DNA of 32,000 bases from Candidatus Saccharimonadota bacterium. Lineage in GTDB: Bacteria > Pseudomonadota > Gammaproteobacteria > Enterobacterales > Enterobacteriaceae_A. Location: the NCBI GenBank assembly GCA_030849405.1, contig CP116499.1:90001-122000 (forward strand). The letters run 5' to 3'. Below the pieces are notes generated by a model that was not told the origin of the DNA, did no database searches, and worked only from the letters and a program-made list of their open reading frames with translations. The translations under genes were made by a program, and so were the position numbers. Shown one piece after another: positions 1-10,067 of this stretch (the stretch's first letter is position 1; the number at the start of each line of letters is the position of its first letter).

Positions 1-33
1 TCCAAGTAAAGTATAGTAATCTTTTTTTGACAT
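1..33 (-). CDS. dnaJ: Chaperone DnaJ, first 11 codons only (gene runs off the left edge)
   Basis: The reverse complement of 1-33 reads MSKKDYYTLLG, matching the J-domain start of E. coli DnaJ (MAKQDYYEILGV). It lies directly downstream of dnaK on the same strand, as in the dnaK-dnaJ operon. An AAGG Shine-Dalgarno-like motif sits about 8 nt upstream. Confidence 0.7.
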   Translation of the reverse strand, partial: MSKKDYYTLLG

Positions 34-54
34 TTTTTTACCTTAAATAATTAT

Positions 55-77
55 GGGTATAGATTTTTTCTATACCC
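55..77 (-). terminator. GC-containing stem-loop between the dnaK stop and dnaJ start (possible partial terminator or mRNA stabiliser)
   Basis: GGGTATAGA (55-63) and TCTATACCC (69-77) are exact reverse complements with a 5-nt T/A loop. This is one of very few G/C-containing hairpins in the window. It sits between the dnaK stop (126) and the dnaJ SD. Confidence 0.45.
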
Positions 78-125
78 AATAATTAATTTTTTTTTAAAAA
101 ATTAAATTTTTAATAAAAAATAAAA

Positions 126-2042
<1,917 letters not shown>

Positions 2043-2232
2043 TTTAAACCTTTATAAATTTAAGTATAAAAATATTTCAATAAATTAAATAAATTTAAAT
2101 TTATTTATTAAAATATTAATAAAATAATTTTATAAAATAAAATTAATTTTAAATAAATTTTTATATTATATAAAAAGTAAAATTAATAATTTTAAAATAA
2201 TATATTTTTTAAAAATATTTATTTAAAAAAAA

Positions 2233-2589
2233 ATGAAAAGAAATAATTTAATATATTTTTTAAATACATTAAAAGCATGGCATAATAAACTTATAAATAT
2301 AAAAAATCAAAATTTAAAAAATGATTATTTAAAAAATTTAAATTTACCTGATTTAATTGATAGAGCTGCACAAGAAGAAGATTTTAATATAAAATTAATA
2401 AATATTAATAGAAATTATAAAATAATTAAAATAATAGAAAAAACAATTAAAAAAATAAAATATAAAAAATTTGGTTATTGTGAAAATTGTTTAATAGAAA
2501 TTAATATAAGACGTTTAAAAGCAAATCCTATTGCAAAATTATGTATAAAATGTAAAAAAAAAACAAAAAAAAATTTATTAAATAATTAA
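2233..2589 (+). CDS. dksA: RNA polymerase-binding transcription factor DksA
   Basis: 118-aa ORF. PDLIDRAAQEEDF matches the E. coli coiled-coil tip DPVDRAAQEEEF, with both Asp retained. C4 zinc finger CENC-x17-CIKC is present. The N-terminus is about 33 aa shorter than in E. coli. Confidence 0.9.
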   Translation: MKRNNLIYFLNTLKAWHNKLINIKNQNLKNDYLKNLNLPDLIDRAAQEEDFNIKLININRNYKIIKIIEKTIKKIKYKKFGYCENCLIEINIRRLKANPIAKLCIKCKKKTKKNLLNN

Positions 2590-2681
2590 ATATATTAAAA
2601 TAATATTATTAAAAAAAAAAAATAATATTTATAAAATTATAAATATTTAAAATATTTTATTATTTTAAAAAAATCTAAAAT

Positions 2682-3941
2682 ATGAATAATGAATATTTAA
2701 TTAAAAAAGTTATTAAAAATATAAAAAATAAAAAAAAATATTTAATTGCTTATAGTGGTGGAATAGATTCAAGTGCACTTTTACAAATAATGTATGATTT
2801 AAATAAAATATATTTTAAAAAAATATCATTAAGAGCAATACATATTAATCATAATTTAAATATAAATTCAAATATTTGGGTAAGACATTGTTATTTATTT
2901 TGTAAAGAAAGAAATATTAAATTAATTATTAAAAATATATATATTAAAAAAAAAAAAAATATAGAAAATACAGCTAGAAATTTACGTTATAAATTTTTTA
3001 AAAAAATAATTATAAATAATGAAATTTTATTATTAGCACATCATCTGCAAGATCAATGTGAAACATTCTTATTAGCTTTAAAAAGAGGAAGTGGACCTAA
3101 AGGTTTATCTTGCATGCCTTTTAAAAAAAAAATAGGTAAAAATTATTTAATAAGACCTTTTTTAAATATTAATAAAAAATATATTCAAAAATATATTTTA
3201 ATAAAAAAAATAAAATACATTATAGATAAAAGTAATTATAATATAAAATTTGATAGAAATTATATTAGAATTAAAATTTTACCTTTAATTATTAAAAAAT
3301 GGCCTAATTTTTATATTTCTATTTTTAAAAGTACTATATTATGTTCAAATCAAGAAAAATTTATTAATAACATCATTAATAAAAAAATATTATTAAATCA
3401 AAATAAAAAAAAAGCATTATTTATTAATTATTTAAAAAAAAAAAAAAAAAAAAAAAGTTTTTTAATAATTAAAAATTGGATTAATAAATTTAATTTAAAA
3501 ACACCTTCTTACAAGATAATTAAAAATATTTGGTATGAAATAATTTTATCTAATAAAAAATCAAAACCAAAATTAATTAATAAGTTATATAAAATTATAA
3601 GATATTCTAAATATTTATATTTATTATTTAATAATAAATTTAATAAAATTTCAAAATTATTAATTAATAAAATAGAAGGTTTTATATTAAAAGCACCTAA
3701 TATTAAAACAAAAATTAATATTAAATTTATTTTAAAAGGAAAATATAAAATTTTAGGTAAAATGCATTTATTAAATGAAAAGAAAATATGGAAAGAATTT
3801 GGTATTCCTCCATGGTTAAGAAATAAAATACCATTATTATATTATAATGAAAAATTAATATCTGCTATTGGTTTTTTTATTACAAATTATGGAAAAATAA
3901 AACATGGTGATAAAATTATTAATATTAAAATTCATAAATAA
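2682..3941 (+). CDS. tilS: tRNA(Ile)-lysidine synthase TilS
   Basis: 419-aa ORF. PP-loop motif AYSGGIDS, HHLQDQCETFLLALKRGSGPKGL and C-terminal GIPPWLRNKIPLLYY align by eye with E. coli TilS/MesJ. Confidence 0.92.
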   Translation: MNNEYLIKKVIKNIKNKKKYLIAYSGGIDSSALLQIMYDLNKIYFKKISLRAIHINHNLNINSNIWVRHCYLFCKERNIKLIIKNIYIKKKKNIENTARNLRYKFFKKIIINNEILLLAHHLQDQCETFLLALKRGSGPKGLSCMPFKKKIGKNYLIRPFLNINKKYIQKYILIKKIKYIIDKSNYNIKFDRNYIRIKILPLIIKKWPNFYISIFKSTILCSNQEKFINNIINKKILLNQNKKKALFINYLKKKKKKKSFLIIKNWINKFNLKTPSYKIIKNIWYEIILSNKKSKPKLINKLYKIIRYSKYLYLLFNNKFNKISKLLINKIEGFILKAPNIKTKINIKFILKGKYKILGKMHLLNEKKIWKEFGIPPWLRNKIPLLYYNEKLISAIGFFITNYGKIKHGDKIINIKIHK

Positions 3942-4029
3942 ATAAATTAATTATAAAACAAAATTTAATAATAATAAATATTTAATTTTAAATCATTATA
4001 AATTTATTTATTAAAAATAAAAGGAAAAA

Positions 4030-4248
4030 ATGACAAAAACAAAAAATATAGAAATGAAAGGTATAGTAATTGAAACATTACCAAATACTACATTTAAAGT
4101 AAAATTAGAAAATAATAATATTATAATTGCATATATATCAGGTAAAATAAGAAAAAACCATATACGTATTTTAACAAACGATAAAGTAATTGTTGAAATT
4201 ACTAAATATGATTTTAAAAAAGGTCGTATTATTTTTAGAGAAAATTAA
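4030..4248 (+). CDS. infA: Translation initiation factor IF-1
   Basis: 72 aa. [24 protein letters not shown]...[18 protein letters not shown]...KGRIIFR is near-colinear with E. coli IF1. An AAAGGA SD lies upstream. Confidence 0.97.
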   Translation: MTKTKNIEMKGIVIETLPNTTFKVKLENNNIIIAYISGKIRKNHIRILTNDKVIVEITKYDFKKGRIIFREN

Positions 4249-4297
4249 TTTTAATAAAAATCTAAAATATTTAAATTAATAAATTAAAGATTATATT

Positions 4298-5326
4298 ATG
4301 AAAATATTATATTATAAAAAAATTAAAAAAATTAGTAAAATTTATTTTAAAATAAAAAAAATATTAAATTTTGAAAAAGTAATTAAAAATAATATTATAT
4401 ATAAAAAAATAACAAATGAATATAAAAAATTAAATGATATTAATTTTTTATTTTTAAATTGGATACAAAATAGAAAAAAAAAAAATATTTTATATAATAT
4501 TAAAATTAAAGAAATTGAAAAAAAAATATTAATATATTTAATAAAAGAAAAAAAAAAAAACAATAATTGTTTTATAGAAATAAAAGCTGGAACTGGAGGT
4601 AATGAAGCATCATTATTTACAAAAAAATTATTTAAAATGTATTATTATTATTCTGAAATTAAAAATTGGAAAACTAAAATAATTTATATTAATCAAAGTG
4701 AATATAAAGGTTATAAAGAAATAATTTTTACAATAAATGGAAAAAATGTATATAATAATTTAAAATTTGAATCTGGTGGTCATAGAGTACAAAGAATTCC
4801 TAAAACAGAAACTCAAGGTAGAATTCATACATCAACTTGTACAATTGCAATTTTACCTAAAATTAAAAAAAAACATTATAAAAATATTGATTTAAGTAAT
4901 ATAAAAATAGATACATTTAAATCTTCAGGTGCTGGAGGTCAACATGTAAATACAACTGATTCTGCTGTTCGTATTACACATATACCTACTAATATTGTAG
5001 TAGAATGTCAAAATGAAAGATCACAACATAAAAATAAATCAAAAGCTTTAGAAGTATTATTTGCACGAATTAAAAAAATAGAATTATTAAAACAAAATAA
5101 AAAAAATTCTTTAATTAAAAAAAATTTATTAGGTAGTGGAGATAGAACAGATAGAAAAAGAACATATAATTTTCAAAAAAATAGAATTACTGATCATAGA
5201 ATTAATTTAACTTTATATTGTTTAGAAGAAATAATAAATGGAAATATTGATATTTTGATATCATTATTAAAAAAAAAATATAATTTAAATAAATTATATT
5301 TTTTTTTAAAAAATATATTATTTTAA
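4298..5326 (+). CDS. prfA: Peptide chain release factor 1
   Basis: 342 aa. GGQ motif [19 protein letters not shown] is present. It has the RF1-type PxT tripeptide ([20 protein letters not shown]; E. coli PAT) rather than the RF2 SPF. There is no internal frameshift site. Confidence 0.93.
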   Translation: MKILYYKKIKKISKIYFKIKKILNFEKVIKNNIIYKKITNEYKKLNDINFLFLNWIQNRKKKNILYNIKIKEIEKKILIYLIKEKKKNNNCFIEIKAGTGGNEASLFTKKLFKMYYYYSEIKNWKTKIIYINQSEYKGYKEIIFTINGKNVYNNLKFESGGHRVQRIPKTETQGRIHTSTCTIAILPKIKKKHYKNIDLSNIKIDTFKSSGAGGQHVNTTDSAVRITHIPTNIVVECQNERSQHKNKSKALEVLFARIKKIELLKQNKKNSLIKKNLLGSGDRTDRKRTYNFQKNRITDHRINLTLYCLEEIINGNIDILISLLKKKYNLNKLYFFLKNILF

Positions 5327-5365
5327 AATTATTATTTATTTTAAAATATAAAAATTAAAATTAAA

Positions 5366-5833
5366 ATGATTAATCAAAAAAAATCTTATATTACATATAA
5401 TAAAAAAATAAAATTTTTATATTTTATTAAAAAAGAATTTGAAGTAGGTTTATCATTATTTGGATGGGAAGTAAAGTCTATAAGATTAGGTAAAATAAAC
5501 ATTATAAATAGTTATATAAAATTTAAAAAATTAAATATTTACTTAATAAATGCAATTATTAGTCCATTAAATAATTTAAATAAGTATGAAATAATAAAAT
5601 CACGTAAAATAAAATTATTAATTAAAAAAAAAGAAATATTTTTTTTATTTAATAAAATAAAAATTGAAGGTTATACGATAAAACCATCATGTGTATATTG
5701 GAAAAAAAATTGGATAAAATTAAATATTTGTTTAGTTAAAGGAAAAAAAAAATATGATAAAAGAAAAAATATAAAAGAAAAAGAATGGAAAAAAAAAAAG
5801 AGTTTTTTAAAAAAAACTTTGAAAATAAAATAA
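5366..5833 (+). CDS. smpB: SsrA-binding protein SmpB
   Basis: 155 aa with the GWEVKSIR motif and a basic C-terminal tail. It lies immediately upstream of ssrA, as in E. coli. Confidence 0.93.
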   Translation: MINQKKSYITYNKKIKFLYFIKKEFEVGLSLFGWEVKSIRLGKINIINSYIKFKKLNIYLINAIISPLNNLNKYEIIKSRKIKLLIKKKEIFFLFNKIKIEGYTIKPSCVYWKKNWIKLNICLVKGKKKYDKRKNIKEKEWKKKKSFLKKTLKIK

Positions 5834-5851
5834 ATATAATATAATTATAAT

Positions 5852-6142
5852 GGGGCTGTTTTGGATTCGACGTAATTTATTAAAATTTTAATTCATGCCG
5901 AGGAAAAGTTGGCCTCGTTAAAAACTTATAAAAAAAATAAAAGCAAAAAAAACAAATTATGCTTTAGCAGCTTAAATTTATTTTTAAAAAATATGTTAAT
6001 AAATTTACTATTATATTTAAAATATTTAATATTAATAAACTATAATTATTTTAAATATGTTTAATTTTTATAAAATTAAACTAAGCATGTAATATTAAAA
6101 TCTAAAATTTTACGGACGCGGGTTCAAATCCCGCCAGCTCCA
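5852..6142 (+). ncRNA. ssrA: tmRNA (SsrA), about 291 nt, tag ORF AKKTNYALAA, CCA not encoded
   Basis: The 5' end GGGGCTGTTTTGGATTCGACG and 3' end GGACGCGGGTTCAAATCCCGCCAGCTCCA match E. coli tmRNA. The acceptor stem GGGGCTG/CAGCTCC includes the G3:U pair. The segment CATGCCGAGG..GGCCTCGTTAAAAA resembles E. coli PK1. The resume codon GCA at 5943 opens gca aaa aaa aca aat tat gct tta gca gct taa (5943-5975). Confidence 0.93.
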
Positions 6143-6145
6143 AAA

Positions 6146-7855
6146 TTATTTTTTTTTTTTTAAATAATTTATTAATTCTTTAACTGTTTTTTTTTTAAGT
6201 GCCTTTTTTGCTAATTTTTTTGCATCACTAAATTTATTTTTAATAATAATATTTTTAATATATGGTATATAATTAGTATTCATACTAAATTCATCTAAAC
6301 CCATACCTAATAATAATAATGTTGAATTTTCATCACTAGCTAATTCTCCACATATACTTACATATTTATTTTGTTTATGAGTATAATATATAATTTTTTT
6401 AATTAATTTTAAAATTTGAGGTGATAATGAATTATAAAGATGTGAAACTAATTTGTTATTTCTATCAACTGCAAAAGTATATTGTGTTAAATCATTAGTA
6501 CCTATACTAATAAAATCAATTTCTTTAATAATATCTTTAATAATTAAAGCAGATGCTGGAGTTTCAATCATTACTCCAATTAAAATTTTTTTATTAATTT
6601 TTTTTTTATCAATTATTAATATTTTTTTAATATTATTTAATTCATATTTTAAATATTTAATTTCTTCAATAGAAGTAATCATAGGAAATATAATTTTAAC
6701 ATTTCCATAATAAGAAGATAATAAAATAGCTTTTATTTGAGTATATAAAATTTTTTTACAATCTATTAATATACGGATAGCTCTCCATCCTAAAAATGGA
6801 TTTTCTTCTTTTGGTATATTTAAATAAGATATATTTTTATCACCTCCAATATCCATTATACGTATATTTATTGGTTTATTTTTTAGTTTTTTAACTATAT
6901 ATTTATAAAATTTATATTGTTCATTAATATCAGGTAAAATATTACGATTCATAAATAAAAATTCAGTTCTATATAAACCAATACCTTCAGAACCATATTT
7001 TTCAATAATATTTATATCTTTGGGATTATTTATATTAGATAAAAGAGATATTTTTCTTCCATCTAAAGTAATAGTTTTCAAATGTATAATTTTTTGTAAT
7101 TTTTTTTTTTTATTTATATATTTTTTTTTTTCTTTTTTAATAAAATTAATAATATTTTTATTTGGATTTATATATATATTATTATTAATTGAATCTAAAA
7201 TTATATAATCATCATTTTTAATTTTATTAGTTGCATTATAAACATTAATAATAGTTGGTAATCCAAGAGATTTTGCAATAATTGTAGTATGTGATGTAAT
7301 TCCACCTAATTCAATAATAAAACCTAATATTTTATTTAAATTTATTTGTGCTATTTCAGAAGGTGTTAAATCTTTTGCAACAATAATTACTTTATTTTTA
7401 ATAAAATTAAAATCAGTAATATTTAATTTTAAAATATTTTTTAGTAATCTTTCTTTAATATCAATTAAATCATTTGTTCTTTCTTTTAAATAGTTATTTT
7501 TTATTTTTTTGATTATTTTAATTTGTTTATTTAAAATTATATTAACAGCATAATCTGCAGATATTAATTTTTTTTTTATTAAATTTATTATTTCTTTTTC
7601 AAATTCATAATCATCTAACATCATTATATGACTATTAAATATATTTTCTTTATTCTTATCTATTTTATATTTATTTATTTTTTTAATTTTTTTTAATTGA
7701 TTAATAGTTTTATTACGTCCAAAATAAAAATTTTGAATTTCTTTATTTATTTCATGTTTAAATATATTAATTTTATTAATTTTTATTTTTGTTTTTTTAA
7801 ATAATAAAGCTTTTCCAAAAGATATACCTTTAGAAACAGAAATTCCAGAAATCAT
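6146..7855 (-). CDS. ptsI: PTS Enzyme I (PEP-protein phosphotransferase)
   Basis: 569 aa. MISGI N-terminus, phospho-His motif GGITSHTTIIAKSLGLPTI, GLYRTEFLFM, SIGTNDLTQY and CGELASD are colinear with E. coli EI. Confidence 0.96.
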   Translation of the reverse strand: MISGISVSKGISFGKALLFKKTKIKINKINIFKHEINKEIQNFYFGRNKTINQLKKIKKINKYKIDKNKENIFNSHIMMLDDYEFEKEIINLIKKKLISADYAVNIILNKQIKIIKKIKNNYLKERTNDLIDIKERLLKNILKLNITDFNFIKNKVIIVAKDLTPSEIAQINLNKILGFIIELGGITSHTTIIAKSLGLPTIINVYNATNKIKNDDYIILDSINNNIYINPNKNIINFIKKEKKKYINKKKKLQKIIHLKTITLDGRKISLLSNINNPKDINIIEKYGSEGIGLYRTEFLFMNRNILPDINEQYKFYKYIVKKLKNKPINIRIMDIGGDKNISYLNIPKEENPFLGWRAIRILIDCKKILYTQIKAILLSSYYGNVKIIFPMITSIEEIKYLKYELNNIKKILIIDKKKINKKILIGVMIETPASALIIKDIIKEIDFISIGTNDLTQYTFAVDRNNKLVSHLYNSLSPQILKLIKKIIYYTHKQNKYVSICGELASDENSTLLLLGMGLDEFSMNTNYIPYIKNIIIKNKFSDAKKLAKKALKKKTVKELINYLKKKK

Positions 7856-7886
7856 ATAATAACCTTTTAAATATTATATAAATATT

Positions 7887-8144
7887 TTATTTTATTTTTT
7901 TAATTATATTTAATAAATTTTTTAATGCATATTTTTCATCTTTTCCTTTAATAAATATATTAATTTCATCTCCTTGTATAATACCTAAAGTTTGTAATTT
8001 AAATAAACTTTTAGCATTTACTATATGATTATTATGTTCTATAATAATTTCAGATTTAAATTTTTTTGATTCTTTTACTAATTTTGCTGCTGGACGTATA
8101 TGTAAACCATTTTTAATATTTATTAAAATTTTTTGTTTTAACAT
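7887..8144 (-). CDS. ptsH: PTS phosphocarrier protein HPr
   Basis: 85 aa with NGLHIRPAA (His15 site) and AKSLFKLQTLG (Ser46 region). It lies directly upstream of ptsI. Confidence 0.95.
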   Translation of the reverse strand: MLKQKILINIKNGLHIRPAAKLVKESKKFKSEIIIEHNNHIVNAKSLFKLQTLGIIQGDEINIFIKGKDEKYALKNLLNIIKKIK

Positions 8145-8286
8145 TTTTTTCCTTTTAAAATAAGTAATTTAAATATATTTATTTTAAAATTATTTTAATT
8201 AAATATTAAATATATAAATTTTTAAAATAAATAATAAATATAATATAACCATATTTTAAAAAACAATTACTTTATTTTAAATTAAT

Positions 8287-8308
8287 TAGCTGCGAATTAA
8301 CGCAGCTA
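8287..8308 (-). terminator. Stem-loop downstream of rplI (probable terminator of rpsF-rpsR-rplI)
   Basis: TAGCTGCG (8287-8294) and CGCAGCTA (8301-8308) are exact reverse complements with a 6-nt loop. This is a G/C-rich island in an otherwise A/T spacer, 9 nt after the rplI stop on the minus strand. The trailing U-tract is weak. Confidence 0.5.
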
Positions 8309-8316
8309 TATTGTTA

Positions 8317-8724
8317 TTAAATTTTATTTAATATTTTAAATAATATTATTTTATAACTATTATAACTTGTTTTAATTTTAATAATATATTCTCCTATTTT
8401 TCTTATTGATTTCATCAAAAATTTTTTTTTAATTTTAATATTATAATTATTAATAATCAAAATAATTTTTTTATTATTAATAGAAAAAAATAAATAACCA
8501 TTATTATTACATTTAAAATATAAATTAATAAATAATTTCTTGTTTTTTATATTTATATTATTATTTAATATATTTTTTTTATTTTTAATAATAAATTTAG
8601 TTTTGTTATTATACAATGATATTCCTTTTGGAATAAGAAAATTACGTACATAACCTGGTTTTACATTTATTTCATTACCTATATTATATAATTTTGAAAT
8701 TTTATCAAGTAAAATTACTTTCAT
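8317..8724 (-). CDS. rplI: 50S ribosomal protein L9
   Basis: 135 aa. [34 protein letters not shown] matches the L9 N-domain. It sits in an rpsF-rpsR-rplI context. Confidence 0.93.
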   Translation of the reverse strand: MKVILLDKISKLYNIGNEINVKPGYVRNFLIPKGISLYNNKTKFIIKNKKNILNNNINIKNKKLFINLYFKCNNNGYLFFSINNKKIILIINNYNIKIKKKFLMKSIRKIGEYIIKIKTSYNSYKIILFKILNKI

Positions 8725-8757
8725 ATTAAAATCTCTTATATTATAATTATAACTAAA

Positions 8758-8982
8758 TTATTTATGATTATCTGTATATGGAAATAATGATAAATATCTA
8801 GATAATTTAATAGCATTTGTTAATTTACGTTGATATTTAGCACTAGTTCCAGTAATTCTACTAGGAATAATTTTACCATTTTCATTTATATAATTTTTTA
8901 ATAAATTTATATCTTTATAATCAATTTCTTTCAATTTATTTATAATAAAATAACAATTTTTTTTATTTATTACATTATTCAT
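8758..8982 (-). CDS. rpsR: 30S ribosomal protein S18
   Basis: 74 aa. [47 protein letters not shown] is typical of S18. Confidence 0.96.
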   Translation of the reverse strand: MNNVINKKNCYFIINKLKEIDYKDINLLKNYINENGKIIPSRITGTSAKYQRKLTNAIKLSRYLSLFPYTDNHK

Positions 8983-9023
8983 AATATATCCATTTTATAT
9001 TAAATTAATATATTTAAATTATT

Positions 9024-9365
9024 TTATTTTTTTTGAATATATTTATTTTTATTTTTCATCATAGGTGAATTATTAGTTATTATTTTTTTAGTACGTATAA
9101 TTAATTTTCTAATAATAAGATTATTAAATTTCAATTTTTTTTCTAATTTTTGAATATTTTTTTTTGATATTTTAATATTTAAAAGAATATAATGTGCTTT
9201 AATATATTTTTTAATTTTATAAGAAAGTTTACGTTTACCCCAATCTTCAATTCTATAAATTTGTCCATTTTTTTTTTTAATATATTCTATATAGTATTTA
9301 ATAATTTCTAATATTTTATTATTTTTATTAGGATTAAATAAAATAACAATTTCATAATTTTCCAT
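9024..9365 (-). CDS. rpsF: 30S ribosomal protein S6
   Basis: 113 aa. MENYEIVILFNP...IYRIEDWGKRKLSYKIKK..AHYILLN matches E. coli S6 (MRHYEIVFMVHP...IHRLEDWGRRQLAY). Confidence 0.95.
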   Translation of the reverse strand: MENYEIVILFNPNKNNKILEIIKYYIEYIKKKNGQIYRIEDWGKRKLSYKIKKYIKAHYILLNIKISKKNIQKLEKKLKFNNLIIRKLIIRTKKIITNNSPMMKNKNKYIQKK

Positions 9366-9401
9366 TAATAAACCTTGATATTTTGTAATTTAATTAAATA
9401 T

Positions 9402-9707
9402 TTAATTTAAACATTTTAATGGTTTAGGTAAACCAGAAATCTTATTAATTTGTTTTGTTGGATTTTTATTAAATAAACTATATATATATTTACTATTACC
9501 TTTTAAATTACCATATTTATAATATATAATTTTTACTATTACTTTAATTGTAGGTGAATAATTTAAATTATTATAAAATTTTCTAATTAAATAAATAATT
9601 TCCCAATGTTTTTTAGTTAAAAAAATTTTTTCTTTTTTAGCTAAAAATAATGCTACAATCAAATTCCATTTTTTTTTTTTGATAATATTAAATTTTTTAA
9701 TAAACAT
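9402..9707 (-). CDS. tusE: Sulfurtransferase TusE (DsrC family)
   Basis: 101 aa. HWEIIYLIRKFY, GNSKYIYSLF and C-terminal GLPKPLKC (conserved Cys) align with E. coli TusE/YccK. Confidence 0.85.
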   Translation of the reverse strand: MFIKKFNIIKKKKWNLIVALFLAKKEKIFLTKKHWEIIYLIRKFYNNLNYSPTIKVIVKIIYYKYGNLKGNSKYIYSLFNKNPTKQINKISGLPKPLKCLN

Positions 9708-9863
9708 AATTAAGTTTTTATATAAATTTAAATATAAATTTAATATAATATAAAATAAATTTAATAATGTATAATTTATTTTTTTTTAAATGAAAAGATA
9801 TAAAATGACTTGTTTTTTTTTAAAAAAAAATTATTTTATAAATAATTTATTTCATAATTTTAA

Positions 9864-9951
9864 AGAGGGATGGTCGAGGGGTTTAAGGCAGTGGTCTTGA
9901 AAACCACCAAGAATTAATAATTCTTCGTGGGTTCAAATCCCACTCCCTCTG
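9864..9951 (+). tRNA. tRNA-Ser (anticodon UGA), 88 nt, long variable arm, CCA not encoded
   Basis: Cloverleaf by eye. Acceptor AGAGGGA/TCCCTCT. D-arm TGGTCGAGGGGTTTAAGGCA resembles E. coli serT. Anticodon stem-loop is GTGGT-CTTGAAA-ACCAC. Variable arm is AAGAATT-AAT-AATTCTT. T-arm is GTGGG-TTCAAAT-CCCAC. Discriminator is G. Confidence 0.9.
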
Positions 9952-10067
9952 TTAAATATAAAATAATAAATTTAATTTAAAATATAAATTACATATTGAA
10001 GTAATTATATTTATAATAATTATTTATATTTAATTAAAATAATATTATAAAAAAAAAATAAAATAAA

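Noticed and set aside
2086-2107. 22-bp A/T-only palindrome TAAATAAATTTAAATTTATTTA in the dnaK-dksA divergent spacer
   Set aside because: In an essentially two-letter alphabet, an 11-pair palindrome is expected by chance about once per few kb of spacer. It contains no G/C and has no supporting context.
2043-2232. Sigma32 or sigma70 promoter for dnaK in the divergent spacer (TTGAAA on the minus strand near 2075-2080)
   Set aside because: The only -35-like hexamer would place the -10 and the transcription start almost on top of the dnaK SD. No CCCCAT-type sigma32 -10 is present, so there is not enough support to annotate.
2670-2683. 14-mer AAAATCTAAAATAT repeated upstream of tilS and after infA (4257-4270), with a 12-nt core also inside tmRNA (6097-6108)
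   Set aside because: It is a low-complexity word. Given the base composition and the number of possible word pairs in 32 kb, repeats of this length are expected, and the positions relative to start codons are not consistent.
4342-4563. 73-aa minus-strand ORF inside prfA
   Set aside because: It is antisense to a well-supported RF1 gene. Its F/I/L-rich product is the mirror image of K/N/I-rich coding sequence (AAA to TTT). It has no SD and no recognisable motif.
4298-5326. Alternative call of this release factor as RF2 (prfB)
   Set aside because: It has the RF1-type PxT (PKT) tripeptide rather than SPF. It also lacks the programmed +1 frameshift site typical of prfB and aligns with E. coli RF1 throughout.
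6453-6710. 85-aa plus-strand ORF inside ptsI
   Set aside because: It is antisense to conserved Enzyme I and is a hydrophobic low-complexity artefact of composition.
7020-7208. 62-aa plus-strand ORF inside ptsI
   Set aside because: Same reasoning: it is an antisense, F/I/L-rich ORF with no independent support.
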